DNA from: a virus
Lineage: Duplodnaviria; Caudoviricetes
Strand: one strand, 5' to 3'
DNA length: 39,816 nt
IMG/VR virus record: IMGVR_UViG_3300028585_000042
Location: 1-39,816 of that record
Positions within the stretch are counted from its first letter, which is position 1, and each line of letters starts with the position of its first letter. Of the stretch, positions 15,677-25,920 are shown one piece after another. The notes below the pieces were generated by a model. The model searched no databases. It was not told the origin of the DNA and saw only the letters and a list, made by a program, of their open reading frames with translations. A program made the translations under genes and the position numbers.

Positions 15677-17356
15677 ATGCCCGAGTGGACAACTGCCTGC
15701 CCTGACTGGGCTGCGCGACTGCGCGCGGGCGAATCGATCATTCCCCCTCCGATCTTTCCGGAACAGGCCGAGCATGCGCTCGCGATCTTCAAGGAACTCA
15801 AGATCGTGGACGCGCCAGGCAGTCCAACGTTCGGCGAGTCCTGCGCTGAGTGGGTTTTCGACCTGGTTCGCTGCATCTTTGGTGCCTACGACGCCGAGAG
15901 CGGCCGGCGCCTGATCGTCGAATTCTTCGTGCTGCTGCCGAAGAAGAACAGCAAGAGCACCGTCGCGGCAGGGATCATGCTGACCGCGCTGATCCTGAAC
16001 TGGCGGCAGTCGGCTGAATTCTCGGTGCTGGCCCCGACCGTCGAGGTGGCGAACAACGCCTACACGCCGGCGCGCGACATGGTGCAGAAGGACGACGAGC
16101 TCGACGCGCTGATGCACGTTCAGTCGCATGTGAAAACCATCACGCACCGGGAGAGCAACGCGATCCTCAAGGTGCTGGCGGCGGACCAGAACACAGTGGG
16201 CGGCAAGAAGGCCGTCGGGACACTGGTCGACGAGTTGCACCTGTTCGGCAAGATGCCGAGCGCTGAGAACATGTTTCGTGAGGCACTGGGCGGCCTGGCG
16301 TCGCGCCCCGAGGGCTTTGTGATCTGGCTGACAACCCAGTCGGACGAGCCACCGGCCGGTGTGTTCAAGCAGAAGTTGGACTATGCGCGCAAGGTGCGCG
16401 ATGGCGAGATCGTCGATCCCGCCTTCGTGCCGATCATCTTCGAGCATCCGCCTGAAATGGTGGTGTCGGGCGATTGCCTGCTGCTCGAAAACATGGCGAT
16501 GGTGAACCCGAACATGGGGTTCTCAGTCGACCAGGCATTCCTGGAGCGCGAGTTTAGCAAAGCGCATTTGGCGGGCGGCGAATCGTTTCGCGGTTTCATG
16601 GCAAAGCACGCGAACGTCGAGATCGGCCTGAACCTACGCTCTGATCGCTGGGCCGGCGCCGACTTCTGGGAATCCGCAGTGGACAAGACCATCACCTTGG
16701 AGTCGCTTATCGAGCGATCAGACGTGGCGGTGGTCGGGATCGACGGCGGCGGCCTGGACGACCTGCTCGGCCTGGCCGTACTGGGTCGAGACCGTGAAAC
16801 GGGGCAGTGGCTGCTGTGGTGCCACGCCTGGGTGCACGAGATTGCGCTCGAGCGGCGCAAAGAGATCGCACCGCGGCTACTGGACTTCCAGAAGCAGGGT
16901 GATCTCACCATCGTGAAGCGCCCAGGCGACGACGTCATGGCCGTGTGTGACCTGATCTGCCAAGTGCGCGACTCTGGCCTTCTGCCGGAAGTGAAGGGTA
17001 TAGGCGTCGACGCCGCCGGCATCGGCGCAATCGTCGACGAGTTGATCACCGAAGAGCGCGACATCGACATGACTCAGATTGTCGCGGTTACCCAAGGCTA
17101 CAAGCTGAATGGCGCCATCAAAGACACCGAGCGGAAGGTCGCAGGCGGCGAGTTGCTGCACGCTGGACGCCCGATGATGGCCTGGTGCGTCGGCAACGCA
17201 CGCATCGAGGACAAGGGCAACGCCATCCTGATAACAAAGCAGGCAAGCGGCAAGGCCAAGATCGACCCGCTCATGGCCACGTTCTGCGCGGTCTCGCTGA
17301 TGGCGCTGAACCCCGCCGGGGCAGCAGCGCCGGAAATTCACGTATTGGACTTTTAA
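15677..17356 (+). CDS. terL: Terminase large subunit
   Basis: LPKKNSKST Walker A variant, LVDELH Walker B, GIDGGGLDDL nuclease motif, KIDPLMA. Confidence 0.95.
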   Translation: MPEWTTACPDWAARLRAGESIIPPPIFPEQAEHALAIFKELKIVDAPGSPTFGESCAEWVFDLVRCIFGAYDAESGRRLIVEFFVLLPKKNSKSTVAAGIMLTALILNWRQSAEFSVLAPTVEVANNAYTPARDMVQKDDELDALMHVQSHVKTITHRESNAILKVLAADQNTVGGKKAVGTLVDELHLFGKMPSAENMFREALGGLASRPEGFVIWLTTQSDEPPAGVFKQKLDYARKVRDGEIVDPAFVPIIFEHPPEMVVSGDCLLLENMAMVNPNMGFSVDQAFLEREFSKAHLAGGESFRGFMAKHANVEIGLNLRSDRWAGADFWESAVDKTITLESLIERSDVAVVGIDGGGLDDLLGLAVLGRDRETGQWLLWCHAWVHEIALERRKEIAPRLLDFQKQGDLTIVKRPGDDVMAVCDLICQVRDSGLLPEVKGIGVDAAGIGAIVDELITEERDIDMTQIVAVTQGYKLNGAIKDTERKVAGGELLHAGRPMMAWCVGNARIEDKGNAILITKQASGKAKIDPLMATFCAVSLMALNPAGAAAPEIHVLDF

Positions 17357-18663
17357 TGACCGGGCAATTGTTGAACCTGAAGAAGACGCCGCACACATCG
17401 CGCGTGCTCGACTCCTGGATGGCCGGTCGCGATGGCGCTGCTGAGCGCGTTGGCATCGTGGCGCTGGGCGAGAATTCCAGTGGCAGCATGTCGATGGGTG
17501 AGCTGGCCAACCTGCTGGGTGCTGCGCACCGCTCATCCTCCGGAGCGGCCGTCACCGCCGAAACGGGCATGCGCGTATCGGCTGCTTACGGCTGCATGTC
17601 GCTTGTGGCTGGCGCAATTGCAACCCTGCCCATCGGCATCTATGAGCGCATGGGCAATGAGCGCGACTCGGCTGACCATGAATACTGGTGGATGCTCAAT
17701 GAGCTGGCCAGCGATGGCTGGACGGCATCCGCCGCCTGGGAGGCGGTCATGCTGTCGAAGCTGTCACATGGCGATGGCTTTGGCGAATGGCTGCGGGCAA
17801 GCCCGTATAGCAATCGCGTCATCGGCTGGAAGCCGCTCAAGCGGCAGTCGGTGCAGCCTTTCAAGGACGGCAAAAGTGTTTACTACCGAATCAGTCCGGA
17901 CGACGGGCCGTCGTACGTCCTTGACCGCGCCGACGTCATTCATTTACCAAGCCTGGGATTCGACGGGCTGACAAGCCCAAGTCCGCTGACATACGCAGCG
18001 CTGGAAGCGATCGGCACCGCGCTGGCAGCGCAGGAATATACAGGCAGGTTTCTCGCTGGTGGCGGCAACTTCGATTACGCGCTCAAGACCGCGTCGAAAC
18101 TGGACAAGCCCCAGCTGGAGCAGCTCAAGGCATCGCTCATCGCGCGCGCGCAGAACGGCGGCCGCGGCCCGCTGATTTTGTCGGGCGGTCTAGAGCCGGC
18201 CCAGATTAGTGTGAATTCGAAGGATGCCGAGATTTTGGCCACCCGCTTATTTACGGTGGAAGAGATTTGCCGCGTCTTTGGCGTCCCGCCTGTCATGGTT
18301 GGGCACGGCACTGCGGTCTCCAACTACGGGACCGGCGTGGAGCAGCAAGGTATTGGCTTCACGCGCTACACCTTGCAGCGGCATTTGACGCCGATCCAGC
18401 AAGAGCTCAACAGCAAGCTCTGGCCAGTTCGCCAGCGGTACTTCGTTGAATACATCACCGCGGCGCTCGAGCGTGGCGATCTGAAGGCCCGATACGACGC
18501 TTATCGCATCGCACTGGGCCGCGCCGGCGAAATGCCGTTCATGACCGCAGACGAAGTTCGCCGCCGCGAAAACATGCCGTCCAACACGAACCTTAAAGTA
18601 AACGGAGGCACCAGTGTCGAAAAGCCTGACCAAGCTCCTGGCGAGCAACAAGAAGCGCCCTGA
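17356..18663 (+). CDS. HK97-family portal protein
   Basis: AYGCMSLVAGAIATLP, GFDGLTSPSPL, EICRVFGVPP, EVRRRENMP. Confidence 0.93.
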   Translation: MTGQLLNLKKTPHTSRVLDSWMAGRDGAAERVGIVALGENSSGSMSMGELANLLGAAHRSSSGAAVTAETGMRVSAAYGCMSLVAGAIATLPIGIYERMGNERDSADHEYWWMLNELASDGWTASAAWEAVMLSKLSHGDGFGEWLRASPYSNRVIGWKPLKRQSVQPFKDGKSVYYRISPDDGPSYVLDRADVIHLPSLGFDGLTSPSPLTYAALEAIGTALAAQEYTGRFLAGGGNFDYALKTASKLDKPQLEQLKASLIARAQNGGRGPLILSGGLEPAQISVNSKDAEILATRLFTVEEICRVFGVPPVMVGHGTAVSNYGTGVEQQGIGFTRYTLQRHLTPIQQELNSKLWPVRQRYFVEYITAALERGDLKARYDAYRIALGRAGEMPFMTADEVRRRENMPSNTNLKVNGGTSVEKPDQAPGEQQEAP

Positions 18664-19366
18664 GCGCGTCCCGCAGTCCAAGATCGTGGCCAAGGCCGAC
18701 GAGGTCGAGATCTACATCTACGACGCGATCGTGTCGGACGAGGAGACCGCCTACTGGATGGGTGGCGTCTCGGCCGAGGCGCTGGTGCCGCAGATCCGCG
18801 ACATCAAGGGCGGCACGATCCACCTGCGCATCAACAGCCCGGGTGGCGACGTGTTCGCAGCCCAGGCCATCTGCCAGGCCATCCGTGACACCGGCGCCAA
18901 GGTCATCGCGCACATCGATGGCTATGCGGCCAGCGCCGCTACCGTCATCGCCACTGCGGCCGACGAGGTCGAGATCGCCGACGGCGGCTTCTACATGATC
19001 CACAACGCCTGGACCTGGGCGATGGGCAACGCGAACGACATGACGTCGACCGCAGGTCTGCTTTCGAAGATCGACGCCTCGCTCGCCGGCCAGTACGCCA
19101 AGAAAAGCGGCATGTCGGTTGAAGACCTGCGCGCCGCCATGGACGCCGAAACCTGGTACACCGCCGACGAAGCCGTCGCTGCGGGCCTCGTCGATCGCAT
19201 CGCTGCAGGCAAGAAGGTCGAATCGTCGTGGGACATGAGTGCATATGCGCACGCGCCGAAGCCTGCGCAGCCCGACCCCAGCCAAGTCGATCCGGCCGCC
19301 ACCGAAGAGCACCGCGCGCGCCAGCATCAGCGCATCGCCACGATGGCCCGCCTCCAAGTTAGCTGA
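18614..19366 (+). CDS. ClpP-like head maturation protease
   Basis: RINSPGGDVF, IDGYAASAA, YMIHNAW, ETWYTADEAV..GLVD. Confidence 0.93.
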   Translation: MSKSLTKLLASNKKRPERVPQSKIVAKADEVEIYIYDAIVSDEETAYWMGGVSAEALVPQIRDIKGGTIHLRINSPGGDVFAAQAICQAIRDTGAKVIAHIDGYAASAATVIATAADEVEIADGGFYMIHNAWTWAMGNANDMTSTAGLLSKIDASLAGQYAKKSGMSVEDLRAAMDAETWYTADEAVAAGLVDRIAAGKKVESSWDMSAYAHAPKPAQPDPSQVDPAATEEHRARQHQRIATMARLQVS

Positions 19367-19387
19367 CGCTCTCGCGCCACTAAGCCA

Positions 19388-19410
19388 GCCACCTTCGGGT
19401 GGCTTTTTTT
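19388..19410 (+). terminator. Intrinsic terminator
   Basis: AGCCACC-TTCG-GGTGGC-T7. Confidence 0.75.
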
Positions 19411-19457
19411 ATGCCCAACGGCCGCGAGAGCGGACCACCCCCTTCGAAAGGTTTTAC

Positions 19458-20705
19458 ATGACCAAGCTCGCAGCCCTGCGTGCACAACGCGACACCGTGG
19501 CCCGCAAGGTTCACGATCTGAACAACAAGTACCCGAATGACCAGCGCATGCCGGCCGCCGAGGCTGGCGAGCTGGACAAGTTCCTGGCCGAAGTCGAAGC
19601 AATCGACGTCGAGATTGCGCGCGAGAACCGCATCGCCCAGCTGGCCGGTGAGAATCCTGACCGCCAGCATGACGACTCGGTGAATGCCGCGTACCGTGCA
19701 GGCGCCGGCGCCCCGAGCGAATCGGCTGCGCTGCGCGCTATGCTCACCGGCGGCGTCTCGGCGCTGTCGACCGAGCAGCGCTCGGCGATGCAAGCCCGGG
19801 TCAATCCGGATATTCGCGCGGCGATGTCGACCACGGTCGGCTCGGAAGGCGGCTATACCGTGGCCACCGAATTCAGCCGCACGCTGATCGAAGCGATGAA
19901 GGCATCGTTCGCTGTCCGCTCGGTTGCCACTGGCATCCAGACCGCCACCGGCGCGCAGATGCAGTTCCCGACCGCCGATTCGACTTCGGAAGAAGGCGAG
20001 ATTGTTGGCCAAAATGTGAAGGTCTCGGCGCTGGACACGACGTTCGGCCAGGCCTCGCTCGACGTCTTCAAGTATTCGTCGAAGTCGATCGCGCTGCCGT
20101 TCGAACTGATTCAGGACTCGATGTTCAACATCGAAGCGTACATCACCAACCTGCTGAACCTGCGCATCGGCCGGATCCAGAATCGCCACCACACCCTCGG
20201 CACCGGCAGTGGCCAGCCACGCGGCCTGCTGACGGCTGCCGTCGCCGGCAAGATCGCCGCCACCGGCGGTGCAACGACCGTGAAGTACGAAGACCTGGTT
20301 GACCTGGAGCACTCGGTCGATCCGTACTACCGCGCCAGCGGCAAGTGGATGATGCACGACACCACCCTGGCCGCGCTGCGCAAGATCAAGGACGACAATG
20401 GTCGCCCGATCTTCGTGCCAGGCTATGAGTCCGGCACGCCTGGCGGTGCCCCTGACCGCCTGATGGGTCGCGAGATCATCATCAACCAGCACATGCCGGT
20501 GATGGCCGCGAACGCGAAGTCGATCCTGTTCGGTGACTTCAGCAAGTACCTGGTGCGCGACGTGATGGACACCACCCTGTTCCGCATGACCGACAGCGCG
20601 TTCACGCTCCAGGGTCAGGTTGGCTTCGTCGCCTTCTGCCGCTCGGGCGCCAACCTGATTGACATCGGCGGCGCGGTGCGCTACTTCCAAAACTCGGCCA
20701 CCTGA
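19458..20705 (+). CDS. HK97-fold major capsid protein
   Basis: N-terminal delta-domain coiled coil, EGGYTV, ELIQDS, GTGSGQPRG, KIKDDNGRPIF, ILFGDFS. Confidence 0.95.
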   Translation: MTKLAALRAQRDTVARKVHDLNNKYPNDQRMPAAEAGELDKFLAEVEAIDVEIARENRIAQLAGENPDRQHDDSVNAAYRAGAGAPSESAALRAMLTGGVSALSTEQRSAMQARVNPDIRAAMSTTVGSEGGYTVATEFSRTLIEAMKASFAVRSVATGIQTATGAQMQFPTADSTSEEGEIVGQNVKVSALDTTFGQASLDVFKYSSKSIALPFELIQDSMFNIEAYITNLLNLRIGRIQNRHHTLGTGSGQPRGLLTAAVAGKIAATGGATTVKYEDLVDLEHSVDPYYRASGKWMMHDTTLAALRKIKDDNGRPIFVPGYESGTPGGAPDRLMGREIIINQHMPVMAANAKSILFGDFSKYLVRDVMDTTLFRMTDSAFTLQGQVGFVAFCRSGANLIDIGGAVRYFQNSAT

Positions 20706-20753
20706 TCGTAGCCAGTGGCCGGCCTCGGCTGGCCACTTCAACGGAGAACTACC

Positions 20754-21095
20754 ATGGCAAAAGCAAAACCCGCAGACACCGAAGTAACGAACTCGGATCT
20801 GCCAGCATTCTCGACCTCTGCTTCTGACCAAGTCGATGCACCGGCAAATGGCGAGGCGCTGGCGCAGGAAGTCCCGGACGTAGTCGATACCCCGATCGCG
20901 GATCTGGCGCCGAATGCAAGCGTGCCTGAAGACCCGCGTGAGCTGGTCAAGGCCCGCGTCCTGGCGGCCAGTGCATACGGACAGCCCAACGATGTCATCG
21001 AGATCGATGCGGCGCTGGCGAAGACGATCCCGGACGTGGTCGATACCAGCCCGGAAGCAGTCGCTTACGCCGAATCGCTGGCGTTAGGCGAGTAA
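20754..21095 (+). CDS. Acidic head-associated protein
   Basis: Follows the capsid gene; GGAG RBS; internal repeat VPDVVDT/IPDVVDT. Confidence 0.7.
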   Translation: MAKAKPADTEVTNSDLPAFSTSASDQVDAPANGEALAQEVPDVVDTPIADLAPNASVPEDPRELVKARVLAASAYGQPNDVIEIDAALAKTIPDVVDTSPEAVAYAESLALGE

Positions 21096-21112
21096 CAACA
21101 GGGCAGACCGCG

Positions 21113-21388
21113 ATGACCCACCTGCACATGGCCACGGCCATTTCGACCATGCGCGTCTACGACGGCCCGGGCGGCTATGAGGCGCGCCGGGCATACCTCG
21201 GGATCATCACGGTGTGCCACCTGACCGACCGCATCGTGTACGTGTACGGCGCCGTCGGTCACATCACCCGCGCAACCCACACGGCCGCATTGAACATGCT
21301 CCGCGAACTCGGCGTCACCAAGGTGATGTACGAGCGGCGCGGGCGAATGAAAACTATCGAGCTGGAACCAATCAACAAGGCTGTCTAA
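21113..21388 (+). CDS. Hypothetical protein preceding the fibre-like gene
   Basis: 91-aa ORF tightly spaced in the late operon. Confidence 0.65.
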   Translation: MTHLHMATAISTMRVYDGPGGYEARRAYLGIITVCHLTDRIVYVYGAVGHITRATHTAALNMLRELGVTKVMYERRGRMKTIELEPINKAV

Positions 21389-21392
21389 AAAT

Positions 21393-23948
21393 ATGGCGAT
21401 CACCCAGCAAGCAGTAAAACTTCGCCCGAACGAGGCTTATAACGGCGGCTCGTCTGGCCTGCGGACTTGCTGGTACAAATTCGAATTCGATGCCCCGTTC
21501 GACCAGGTTCAGCACCTGATCGGCAGTAAAGTCGTTTCGGGTACGCCTGGCACCTACAAGGTGCAATTCGCCGTGACCGACGCTATTGCCGTCGATACGG
21601 TGAATAACGCATGGGTTCCGATGCGCGCCGGCGTGGCTTATAACGACAAATCCGCGAATGGCTGGAAAGACGCGACATTCGCTGGCGCTGCGACAAAACA
21701 AATCGGGCTGGCGCCGAACGTAGGAAATAACAACGGCTGCATCCACATGTCTACCGACGTGATGGACTTGGCGAGCGTGCCGCGGGCGGACGGCAAGCCG
21801 GGCAGTATCTTGCTGGTGAAGGTAGTTCAGATCGATTCGGCCGGCGGCTATACGCAAGGCAGCAGTAACAGCAGCGCGTGGGACTCCGCACGAGGTGCTC
21901 AACTGTGGTTCCGCGAGTGGTTCTGTAACGCTCAAAGTAACGTTGACGGTATCGCGAACCTGGCTACGCTGCCTTCGGGTACGCCGTTCAACGGTGACTA
22001 TGCATTCCCTGGGACGCCGATCGTCACCAATACGGCATCGGCCCTTCCTACAGAATTGCTGCTGTTCACGGGCGATAGTCGCAAGTCTGCTGCGTACAAC
22101 ATCAACCGGTTCGCCAGTCCGGCGCGCATGGCGGCCATGTCGCTCAGCACCCCGGCCCGGCCAATCAGTACCGTCAATGCTGCCGGCTCGGGGCATACGC
22201 AGGCAAACTATTTGCTGCTGGCGCTGGACCAAATCGACGCGGGTGTGCGGCCTACCGTGATCCACCTGCCTGGTTTCAGCCAAAACGGGTTTTCCTCATT
22301 CGCCAATTTCAAGACGGCGAATGACAACTTCATGGCCGCAGTGCGCGCGAAGCCGGGCCTGAGCAACGTCAAATTCGTATTTGACACCGACTACTACGTG
22401 GGCGGGTACAACGCGGCGACGGAAGCCGCTCGCCAGCAGTGCATCGCGTACGCCAAGTCCCTGGCAAACGGTACGACCGTGTTTTGCTTCGACAGTGATG
22501 CGATCATCACTGACTACACGAACCCGAGCGCTCCGACATTTAAATCCGCATATTTCACATCGCCGAATTTTATTGGCGGTGATGGTGTTCATGCGGGGCC
22601 CACCGGCCTCGACGCGATGACATATGGGGACGGCACCACCCCGGGACTGCAATCGGTTTATCGAGCCGCATTTGGTCTGGATGCGCCCGCTGCTGACACT
22701 ACCGCCCCTGTTATGACGGGCGCCATCACGGTCAGCGGTCAAACCTCCAGCGGCTTTACCCTTGCATGGCCCGCTGCAACCGATGCCGTGGGCGTCACCG
22801 GGTATGAGGTCGACAACGGTAGCGGCGCGTACGCGAGCGTTGGCACTGCGCTGACACTCGTTGTAACCGGCAAAACCGCTGCAACTGGGCATGCTGTCCG
22901 GGTGCGTGCAAAGGATGCGGCCGGCAATTACGCGACGCCGCTCACCGCTACCGCGACGACATCGGCCGCCGCCGACACGACCGCACCAGTGATGACCGGC
23001 GAGATCACGGTGTCCGCCATCACCACGTCAGGCGCCACGCTGTCGTGCTCGGCAGCGACCGATGCAGTCGGCGTCACTGGCTACGAATTCAGCATCGACG
23101 GCGGCACGAGCTACAGCCTGATCGCCAATGCTGCCCGGTCGGTGGTGGTTTCTGGCCGGCCTGCAAGCACCGTGCACTCGGTGCGGATGCGCGCCTTCGA
23201 CGCCGCTGGCAACCGCGCCACGCCGCTGTCGGCGAGCTTCACCACGCTGGTCGAGCAGCCTGCGCAGAATGCGGTGACGGCCTCGACGGTGGCGGAATCC
23301 CGCCGGGTGGCATTCCCAGGCGGCACGCGCGTGGTGGCGTTTGGCACTGTGCCGAGTGCGCCTATGCTGAACGCACCATACCTGGAAGCGGGGAAGTGGT
23401 GGTGCGCAAAACACCCGCTCGACGAGCGGTACTGGGTGGCCAACATCACGGTCGACCTGGACGAGCGCAAGACCACTGCTGTGTCCGTCGAGGTGATCGC
23501 CGCCGGCGTGACGGTGCTTCAGCAGCCGGTCATTCAGGGCAAGCTGATCCCGGTGAAGCTGGGCGGCTTCAATGCCGCCACCGGCGCGGCCAACTTCTGC
23601 ACGTTCCGCGTCACGTGCGCGAACGGCGAGCGGTTCGACCGCACGATCTGGTTCAAGCAGCAGGTGGGATCGTGGTCGCTCAACAAGGATGCGGACGACG
23701 AAAGCTACTTCGTGGCCGACATCAGCAACGACCTGGCCGACAGCAACACCACCGCAAGCGCGGTGCTGGCGCAGCCGGTCGGCGTGAGCGTGCTGGTGCC
23801 AGCGGTGATCCAGGGTCCTTTGATCCTGGTGAAGCTGGGTGGCATGGACACCTTGCCGGCCGGCGTCAATTACTGCGACCTGCGCATCGACTGTGCGAAC
23901 AGCGAGCGCTTCTACCGGACCATTCAATTTAACAGGGTGGACAACTGA
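21393..23948 (+). CDS. Virion fibre-like protein: SGNH hydrolase + 2x fibronectin III + 2x adaptor-like domains
   Basis: SGNH blocks FTGDS, AGSG, GFSQN, DGVH; two DTTAPVMTG..ATDAVGVTGYE..VRxxAxDAAGN FN3 repeats; C-terminal duplicated KHPLDERYW/KDADDESYF..ERFxRTI. Confidence 0.8.
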   Translation: MAITQQAVKLRPNEAYNGGSSGLRTCWYKFEFDAPFDQVQHLIGSKVVSGTPGTYKVQFAVTDAIAVDTVNNAWVPMRAGVAYNDKSANGWKDATFAGAATKQIGLAPNVGNNNGCIHMSTDVMDLASVPRADGKPGSILLVKVVQIDSAGGYTQGSSNSSAWDSARGAQLWFREWFCNAQSNVDGIANLATLPSGTPFNGDYAFPGTPIVTNTASALPTELLLFTGDSRKSAAYNINRFASPARMAAMSLSTPARPISTVNAAGSGHTQANYLLLALDQIDAGVRPTVIHLPGFSQNGFSSFANFKTANDNFMAAVRAKPGLSNVKFVFDTDYYVGGYNAATEAARQQCIAYAKSLANGTTVFCFDSDAIITDYTNPSAPTFKSAYFTSPNFIGGDGVHAGPTGLDAMTYGDGTTPGLQSVYRAAFGLDAPAADTTAPVMTGAITVSGQTSSGFTLAWPAATDAVGVTGYEVDNGSGAYASVGTALTLVVTGKTAATGHAVRVRAKDAAGNYATPLTATATTSAAADTTAPVMTGEITVSAITTSGATLSCSAATDAVGVTGYEFSIDGGTSYSLIANAARSVVVSGRPASTVHSVRMRAFDAAGNRATPLSASFTTLVEQPAQNAVTASTVAESRRVAFPGGTRVVAFGTVPSAPMLNAPYLEAGKWWCAKHPLDERYWVANITVDLDERKTTAVSVEVIAAGVTVLQQPVIQGKLIPVKLGGFNAATGAANFCTFRVTCANGERFDRTIWFKQQVGSWSLNKDADDESYFVADISNDLADSNTTASAVLAQPVGVSVLVPAVIQGPLILVKLGGMDTLPAGVNYCDLRIDCANSERFYRTIQFNRVDN

Positions 23949-24100
23949 TGATCGATGCATCGCAACTGCCCAGCGTGCCGAACACCGAGCTGCTGAAGCA
24001 GCAGGATGCGGCCGCCGTCGAATACGCGCGCGCGCCGGCAGCGCCTGGCGCGCCGCACGGCGCCGGCCGCCCACCGGCAACACAAGGAACGAACCGATGA
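23948..24100 (+). CDS. 50-aa hypothetical protein (not in ORF track)
   Basis: MIDASQLPSVPNTELLKQQDAAAVEYARAP...; TGATG and ATGA overlaps at both ends. Confidence 0.55.
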   Translation: MIDASQLPSVPNTELLKQQDAAAVEYARAPAAPGAPHGAGRPPATQGTNR

Positions 24101-24642
24101 GCCTGCGACTGATCACCCCGCCCGTGGCGTTGGCAGTGTCGCTGGAAGCTGCGCGCCTGTCGGCACGACTGGACGGGCCCGAGGCCGACGTCGAGCTGCG
24201 CCAGGTCATTGGCCAGCACACGCGCGACGCCGAGCACGAGACGGGGCGCGCGCTGGTGCAGCAGACTTTTCGGCTGACGCTCGACGCTTTCCCGCCGGCG
24301 TTCCTGCTCGAGCATCCGCCGATTCTGGCTGTCGAGCACATCAAGTTCTACGATGCCAACGGCGTCCGCCAGATCCTGCATCCGGACGACTACCTGGTCG
24401 ACAACGAAAGCGAGCCCGGCTACATCGTGCCGGCGCCGGGCCGCGGCTGGCCAGCGACGCAGGCACGCATCAGCGCAGTCGAGGTGCAGTACTCGTGCGG
24501 CTACGGCGTCGACGACAGCACCGTGCCGGACGAGATCAAGGGCTACATCCTGGGCAAGGTCGCCGAGCACTTCGCGCCGGCCGGCACGCCGAAGAGTGAA
24601 TTCCTGGGCGGCCTGCTCGATCGCGCGCGGGTGTACGCATGA
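24097..24642 (+). CDS. Head-tail connector (phiE125 gp8-like)
   Basis: LITPP..VSLEAAR..AEHETGRALVQQT..WPAT..AVEVQYSCGYG..VP. Confidence 0.88.
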   Translation: MSLRLITPPVALAVSLEAARLSARLDGPEADVELRQVIGQHTRDAEHETGRALVQQTFRLTLDAFPPAFLLEHPPILAVEHIKFYDANGVRQILHPDDYLVDNESEPGYIVPAPGRGWPATQARISAVEVQYSCGYGVDDSTVPDEIKGYILGKVAEHFAPAGTPKSEFLGGLLDRARVYA

Positions 24643-24941
24643 TGAACGACCGCATCACGCTGCAGCGCAGCGCGGGCAAGGACAAGATCGGGCAGCCAAT
24701 TGATGCGCCGGTGGACATTGCCACCGTGTGGGCCCACGTGCTGTTCCAGTCGGGCGCCGAGGTGATGCGCGCTGGCGCCGACACAGCGATCGTCAAGTGC
24801 TCGATACGAATCCGCGCGCGGCCCGACGTCGACACTGGCGTGAGTGTCCTGTACAAGTCGAAGGTGTACGACGTGAAGTCGGCGCCGCCGGACAACAGCG
24901 ACCGTCGGTTCATGTTCCTGATCTGCGAGTCGACGTCATGA
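24639..24941 (+). CDS. Head closure/head-tail adaptor
   Basis: DRITLQR..D..GQP..ATVWA..IRIR; position. Confidence 0.85.
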   Translation: MMNDRITLQRSAGKDKIGQPIDAPVDIATVWAHVLFQSGAEVMRAGADTAIVKCSIRIRARPDVDTGVSVLYKSKVYDVKSAPPDNSDRRFMFLICESTS

Positions 24942-25459
24942 TCCGCTTCGACACATCGCAGCTGATGGCCGCCGTGCAGCAGACCGTCGACCAGGTCGCG
25001 AGCGCGATCGACGAGGAAGGGCTGCGCGCTGTCGGCTTCTCTGGTGCTGAGCCATTCCGCGAAGAAGCGAAGCGCAACGCGCGCGCCCGGGCCAAGACCT
25101 ACACCATCCACAACAACATCATCGTCAAGCGGCTCGATGAGGAATCCGACGGCGCGAACCGCCAGGTCTACCTGGTCACGGTGCGGGCCGGTACGTACGG
25201 CGGTAGCGATGCCTTCTACTGGCGCTTCGTCGAGGGCGGTCACAAGTTCGTGCCGCGCAACAAGAAGGTCAGCAAGAAGACCGGCAAGAAAACGGGCTGG
25301 GAAGCCCACCGCCGCGCTGCCGAACTCGAGTACGGCACGGCCAGCGCGCCTGCCTACCCGTTCATGCGGCCGGCGTACGAAAGTAAAAAGCAGGTTTCCG
25401 TTGATGCTATGACGAGCACCTTGACCCAGCTACTTGCACGGAACTCGACAGGATCATGA
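24938..25459 (+). CDS. HK97 gp10-like tail completion protein
   Basis: AFYWRFVE.G..EYGT..APAYPFMRPAYE. Confidence 0.88.
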   Translation: MIRFDTSQLMAAVQQTVDQVASAIDEEGLRAVGFSGAEPFREEAKRNARARAKTYTIHNNIIVKRLDEESDGANRQVYLVTVRAGTYGGSDAFYWRFVEGGHKFVPRNKKVSKKTGKKTGWEAHRRAAELEYGTASAPAYPFMRPAYESKKQVSVDAMTSTLTQLLARNSTGS

Positions 25460-25806
25460 CACCCGAAGAACACGTACACACCACGCTGATCCACCTGGCC
25501 GGCGGGCGCATCTTTCCCGATATCGCGGAGCTGAATACGGCCAAGCCATATATCACCTACCAGGCGGTGGGCGGGGAGCCGATGAACTTCCTGAGTGGTG
25601 ACCGTCCGGACAAGCAGCACGTGCGCATCCAGGTCAACGTCTGGAGCGAGCGCCGCATCGAGGCGTCCGAGATCGGCATGCTGGTCGAGGATGCGCTGCG
25701 CTCCGCCACCGCGTTGCAGGTCGAGGTCGCGAGCGGGCGCGTGGCCACGTACGACGAAGGCACCAATTTACGCGGGACGATGCAGGACTTCATGCTGTTC
25801 TGCTGA
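25456..25806 (+). CDS. Tail terminator (DUF3168-like)
   Basis: GRIFP..PYITYQ.VGG..RIQVNVW. Confidence 0.85.
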   Translation: MTPEEHVHTTLIHLAGGRIFPDIAELNTAKPYITYQAVGGEPMNFLSGDRPDKQHVRIQVNVWSERRIEASEIGMLVEDALRSATALQVEVASGRVATYDEGTNLRGTMQDFMLFC

Positions 25807-25826
25807 CCCGCAAGCTCCACCTCCAG

Positions 25827-25857
25827 GCCGCCCCGAGAAATCCGGGCGGCTTTTTTC
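25827..25857 (+). terminator. Intrinsic terminator
   Basis: GCCGCCC..GGGCGGC followed by T7. Confidence 0.7.
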
Positions 25858-25920
25858 ATGCCCGCATGGGCGCGCAACGGCCCGGACTCCGGGATTTCTC
25901 ACTACTGAAAGGCCCTCACC

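Noticed and set aside
22686-23250. Direct repeats suggesting a CRISPR array or repeat element
   Set aside because: Two diverged in-frame FN3 coding domains; no repeat-spacer periodicity and no cas genes.
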